NCBI RefSeq assembly: GCF_009914755.1
Contig: NC_060936.1
Direction: 5' to 3' (one strand)
DNA: 64,000 nt
From: the human T2T-CHM13v2.0 reference genome, Homo sapiens
The notes below the pieces were generated by a model. It was not told where the DNA came from. It worked only from the letters and a program-made list of their open reading frames with translations, and made no database searches. Shown here in pieces: positions 59,241-64,000 of the stretch (the stretch's first letter is position 1; each line of letters starts with the position of its first letter). A program made the position numbers and the translations under genes.

Positions 59241-61829
59241 GGCAGCTAAATTGGAAAGGAAGAAGTTAAATCAGCCTTGTTTGCATATGATATGATCTTA
59301 TATCTTGAAAAGCTAAACACTCCACCAAGAAACTGTTAGAACTGATAAACAAATTCAGTAAAGTTGCAAGATACCAAGTCAACATATAAAAATCAGTAGT
59401 ATTTCTATATGCCCACAGTGGACACTCTGAAAAAGAAGTCCAGAAGGTAATCCCATTTACAGTAGCTACAAATAAAAAATTAAATACCTACAAATTAACC
59501 AATGAAATAAAAGATCTCTACAATAAAACCTATAAAACATTGATGGAAGAAATTGACAAGAACACACACAAAAATGGAAAGATATTCCATGTTCATGTGT
59601 TGGAAGAGTCAATATTGTTAAAATGCCTATACTATGCAAAGCAATCTACAGATTCAATGCCATCCTTATCAAAATACCAATGACATTTCTCACAGAAATA
59701 GAAAAAGTAACCCTAAAATTTATATGGAACCACAAAAGACCCAGATCTGCCAAAGCTATCCTGGGCAAAAAGAATAAAACTGGAGGAATCACATTGCCTG
59801 ACTTCAAATTATACTACAGAACTACTGTAAGCAACACAACATGCTACTGGCATAAAAACTGAAACATAGACCAGTAGAACAGAGCAGAGAATCTAGAAAC
59901 AAATCCACACACCTACAGTAAATTCATTTTTGGCAAAGGTGCCGAGAACATACATTGGGGAAAGGACAATCTCTTCTATAAATGGTGCTAGGAAAACTGG
60001 ATATCTATATGCAGAAGAATGAAACTAGACCCCTATCTCTTGCCATTTGCAAAAATCAAAACAAATTGGATTAAAAACTTAAATATAAGATCTCGAACTA
60101 TGAAACTACTGTAAGAAAACATCAGGGAAAGTCTCCAGTACATGGGTCTGGGCAAAGATTTCTTGAGTAATACCCACAAACAGAAGCAAAAATGCACAAA
60201 TGGGATTACAAGTTTAAATGCTTCTGTACAGCAAAGGAAACAAACAACAAAGTAAAGAGGCCACCCACAGAATGAGAGAAAATATTTGTAAACTATCCAT
60301 CTGACAAGGGATTAAGAACCAGAATATATAAGGAACACAAACAAGTCTATAGAACAAAATCTAATAATCCTACTTAAAAATGGGTAAAAGATCAGAATAG
60401 ACATTTCCCAAAAGAAGACATACAAATGGACAACAGGTTTATGAAAAGGTGCTCAACATCACTGATCATTAGAGAAATGCAAATCAAAACTACAGTGAGA
60501 TATTATCTCACTCCAGTTAAAATGGCTTTTATCCAAAGACAGGCAATAACAAATGCTGATGAGGATGTGGATAAAAATGAACCCTCATATACTGTTGGTA
60601 GGCATGTACATTAGTACAATCACTACAGATAACAGTTTGGAGGTTCCTCAAAAAACAAAAAATGTAACATATCCAGCAATCCCACAGCTAGGTATATACC
60701 CCGATGAAAGGAAATCAGTGTATCAAAGAGATATCTGCACTCCCATATTTATTGCAGTGTTAATCACAATAGCCAAGATTTGAAAACAATCCAAGTGTCC
60801 ATCAATAGATGAATGGATAAAGAAAATGTGGTAAATATACACAATGGAGTACTATTCAGCCATAAAAAGAATGAGATCCTGTTATTTGCAACAATATAGA
60901 TGGAGGACATTATATTAAGTGAAGTAAACCAGGTACAGAAAGACAAACTTGACATGTTCTCACTTATTTGTAGGAACTAAAAATTAAAACAATTGAACTC
61001 ATGGACAAAGAGAATAAAAGGATGGTTAGCAGTGGCTGAGAGGGATAGTGTTGAAGGGAGTGGGTAATGGGAACAAAAATACAATTAAGCAGAATGAATA
61101 GGATCTAGTATTTGATATCAAAACAGGGTGACTAAGTCAACAATAATTTATTGCAATTTTAAAAATAACTGAAAGAATATAATTGGGTTGTTTGTAACAC
61201 AAAGAATGGATAAATGCTTGAGGTGATGGGTACTCCACTTACTCTAATGTGATTATTACACATTGCATGCCTGTATCAAAATATCTCATGTGCCTTATAA
61301 ATATATATACCTACTATGTACCAGCAAAAATGTAAACACTACAGGCTCATTGATATATCTTACTTTAGAAAGAAATCTCTAAAATTTTAGATCATACCTT
61401 GCAAAACTGTGTCTGGGGTCAAAATATCCTAACAGTATATTTGCATTTCTAGAAAATATGACTCCACTAGAGTGTATGATAAGAGAAGCATGTGACATCT
61501 TCAGAACAAATGGGGTTGGGAAGTCACCCTCTCCAAACTCAACTTTCCTTCTGTTTTTGTGCCAACCACATTTATTTATGCCTAATATCCTATTAAAGAA
61601 GTAGGGTACCTCAACATTTTTAAAGAAATAGGCAAAATTTATCATGAAGTATAGTTATATTTGGTGAAAATACTTGGCTGTTATGATTTATTGAGTGTTA
61701 AATTGTCTCCTTTTATTTACAAAAGAAAATGGGTATACAAAATGTACGAGACAGGACATTTAAAATAAATGCCAAAAAGAAAAGCTAGAAACCATTAAGA
61801 AGAAAAAATGTAAAACCAGTGACTATGCT

Positions 61830-62090
61830 AATAGCCAATATTTGAGTCTATGCTATAGGCAATGTATATTGCTAAGAGTTTTGCATGTATTCACTCATTC
61901 CATCCTTACCACAGCACTATTAAGTGGATACTTTTGTTTTCTACATTTTCCTGATAAGTAACTGAGGCACAGAGAGATTAGTAATTTCCTGAGGTCACAC
62001 AGCTAATAAGTGGTAGAACTGGGATTTTACTTCAAACAGTCTTGCTTAGAACTTGAATGCTAATCTTGGGTGCTATTCTGCCCTCCTAAC
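61830..62090 (-). mobile_element. MIR
   Basis: 'gataagtaactgaggcacagagagattagtaatttcctgaggtcacacagctaataagtgg'. Confidence 0.8.
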
Positions 62091-63235
62091 TTGGGGACAC
62101 TACTTTTCTGAGCTCCAAAGCAGGCAAGGCAAGAATGTTTAATACTGTTTCCAAGTGCTAAATTCTTGAGGAAGTCACTGGGTGAATTGTAATATACTCA
62201 TGTAACATTATGTAACATGACAAAAACAAGATCCAAAAGTGTTCTTCATAGTATTTCTCTTATCCACCCTCAACAAAGGGAGCTCAAACAGTAACTCAGT
62301 GAACACAGCTAATGTGATTTGAAATCCAGATTTCCTAAAATGAATAGCATTGATGATTGGGTGTGATTTCTGTCATTGACCCCTGTTTTACTTACTTCAT
62401 AGCATGTGCAGCAGTCTATGATCTTGTTTATATGTTTATTTGACTTTGCATTGCTGGCCTCCCCTGCTAGAGTGACAGCAAGGAACAGTCTGCTTTGTTC
62501 ATCTGCGTGTCTTCAGAACTTAGCATAGAGTCTGGAATGGTAGGTGCTGAAAAATTTTTTTAGTAAATAATTCCCCAAAGGCAAAGAATTCTGTCTAAGA
62601 ACATGGACTCAAGATCTTCAAATATAAATTATGACTACGAAGAGTCATTGTTGCTTAAGGAGTTACTAGCAGAGCATTCTGGACCAGAGTTGGAGAGCAG
62701 GGTGTTGACACTTCTAGTTGTTTTTTTCTTCTTTATAAGCCCTGATGTCAGGGCCAGTCCCTGGAGCTGTTCTGCAGGATCCATCCAAACCCTGTCCACA
62801 TAGGCAGTTGAGGCCTTTCTACAGTTGACAAAGTGAGTGGACAGAAAGGAAGATCTTCCCCACACCTCCAGCACTGTTTAGTTCAAAGCTCTCTGCTGCT
62901 GTCTCCAATCAATTATCTCCAACCAGAACTGAAAGACAAAACACTTCATGGTGCGTTTCTGCAGCAAGAGTTGCATCTGGCTTCCTGCTACCAGATTCAT
63001 TTTTTCTCAGCACTTCTGGAAACACAGGACTTATGTGGACAAACCAAGCCTTGCATTGCAGCCCAAGCTATTTCAGGGCACACCAAAACCTGTGGTCGGT
63101 GGCCTCCCTTTTCAGCCTCCTCTACCTTTGCTTTTCAGTGTCTCTACCCCCTGAGCAGCATATAAGGGGGAAAAAGGTGGCACTTGACCTAGACACATTT
63201 TCAACTCAAGGAAGAGATTAACAAAACTATATTAT

Positions 63236-64000
63236 TTATTGGGGAACCTGCCCCGTAGGTTCTTTTCTATTTTCCTTAAGCATCAGCCAGCTTGAGAAAT
63301 AAAGGGACAGAGTACAAAAGAGAGAAATTTTAAAGCTGGGCATCCGGGGGAGACATCACATGTCGGTAGGTTCCATGATGCCCCACAAGCCGCAAAAACC
63401 AGCAAGTTTTTATTAGGGATTTTCAAAAGGGGAGGGAGTGTGCAAATAGGTGTGGGTCACAGACATCAAGTCCTTTACAAGGTAATAGAATATCACAAGG
63501 CAAGTGGAGGCAGGGCAAGATCTCAGGACCACAGGACCAAGGTGAAATTAAAATTTCTAATGAAGTTTCGGGCACCATTGTCATTGATAACATCTTATCA
63601 GGAGACAGGATTTTGACAGCAACCGGTCTGACCAAAATTATTAGGCGGGAATTTCCTCTTCCTAATAAGCCTGGGAGTGCTATAGGAGACTGGGGTCTAT
63701 TTCACCCCTAGAGTCTTGACCATAAAAGACAGGTGCACCTTGGGGGGGCCGTTCATAGGCCTATACCTCCAGGCGCGTATTCTCCTTCTCAGGGATGTTC
63801 TTTGCTGAGAAAAAGAATTCAGCAATATTTCTCCCATTTGCTTTTGAAAGAAGAGAAATATGGCTCTGTTCCTCCCAGCTCACTGGCAGTCAGAGTTTAA
63901 GGTTATTTCTCTTATTCCCTGAACAATTTCTGTTATCCTGTTCTTTTTTCAAGGTGCCTAGATTTCATATTGCTCAAACACACATGCTGTACAATTTGTG
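63236..64000 (-). mobile_element. Second MER11 LTR (runs off the window end)
   Basis: Colinear with 42776-43560 ('ggggaacctgcccc...aaagggacagagtacaaaagagag...'). Confidence 0.92.

Overview
Primate (human-like) non-coding genomic DNA, AT-rich and dominated by interspersed repeats. It is intronic or intergenic, and no protein-coding gene can be supported: the listed ORFs are Alu, L1, LTR or transposase remnants, or chance ORFs. Contents: about 20 Alu/FLAM elements, many L2/MIR fragments, a near-full-length old L1 (L1MA2-like), a 5'-truncated L1PA, an internally deleted HERV-L provirus, an LTR12C inside an AluJ, two MER11 LTRs, a MER50 LTR that retains a tRNA-His PBS, MaLR LTRs, and Charlie1a, MER20 and MADE1 DNA transposons. 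The most unusual structures are: (1) a MER11 LTR flanked by a ~432-bp direct duplication instead of a short TSD, inside a cluster of local duplications; (2) several fold-back/templated-insertion scars, including a perfect 34-bp inverted repeat whose spacer matches sequence 2.1 kb away and a 40-bp-arm hairpin at an L1 ORF2 deletion; (3) a dense array of CAGATG E-boxes. Two repeat-free islands (~18.0-19.4 kb and ~36.2-37.3 kb) may hold a first exon, promoter or enhancer of an unidentified gene. I see no convincing new multi-gene system. Repeat subfamily calls come from recalled consensus sequences and need RepeatMasker/Dfam confirmation.
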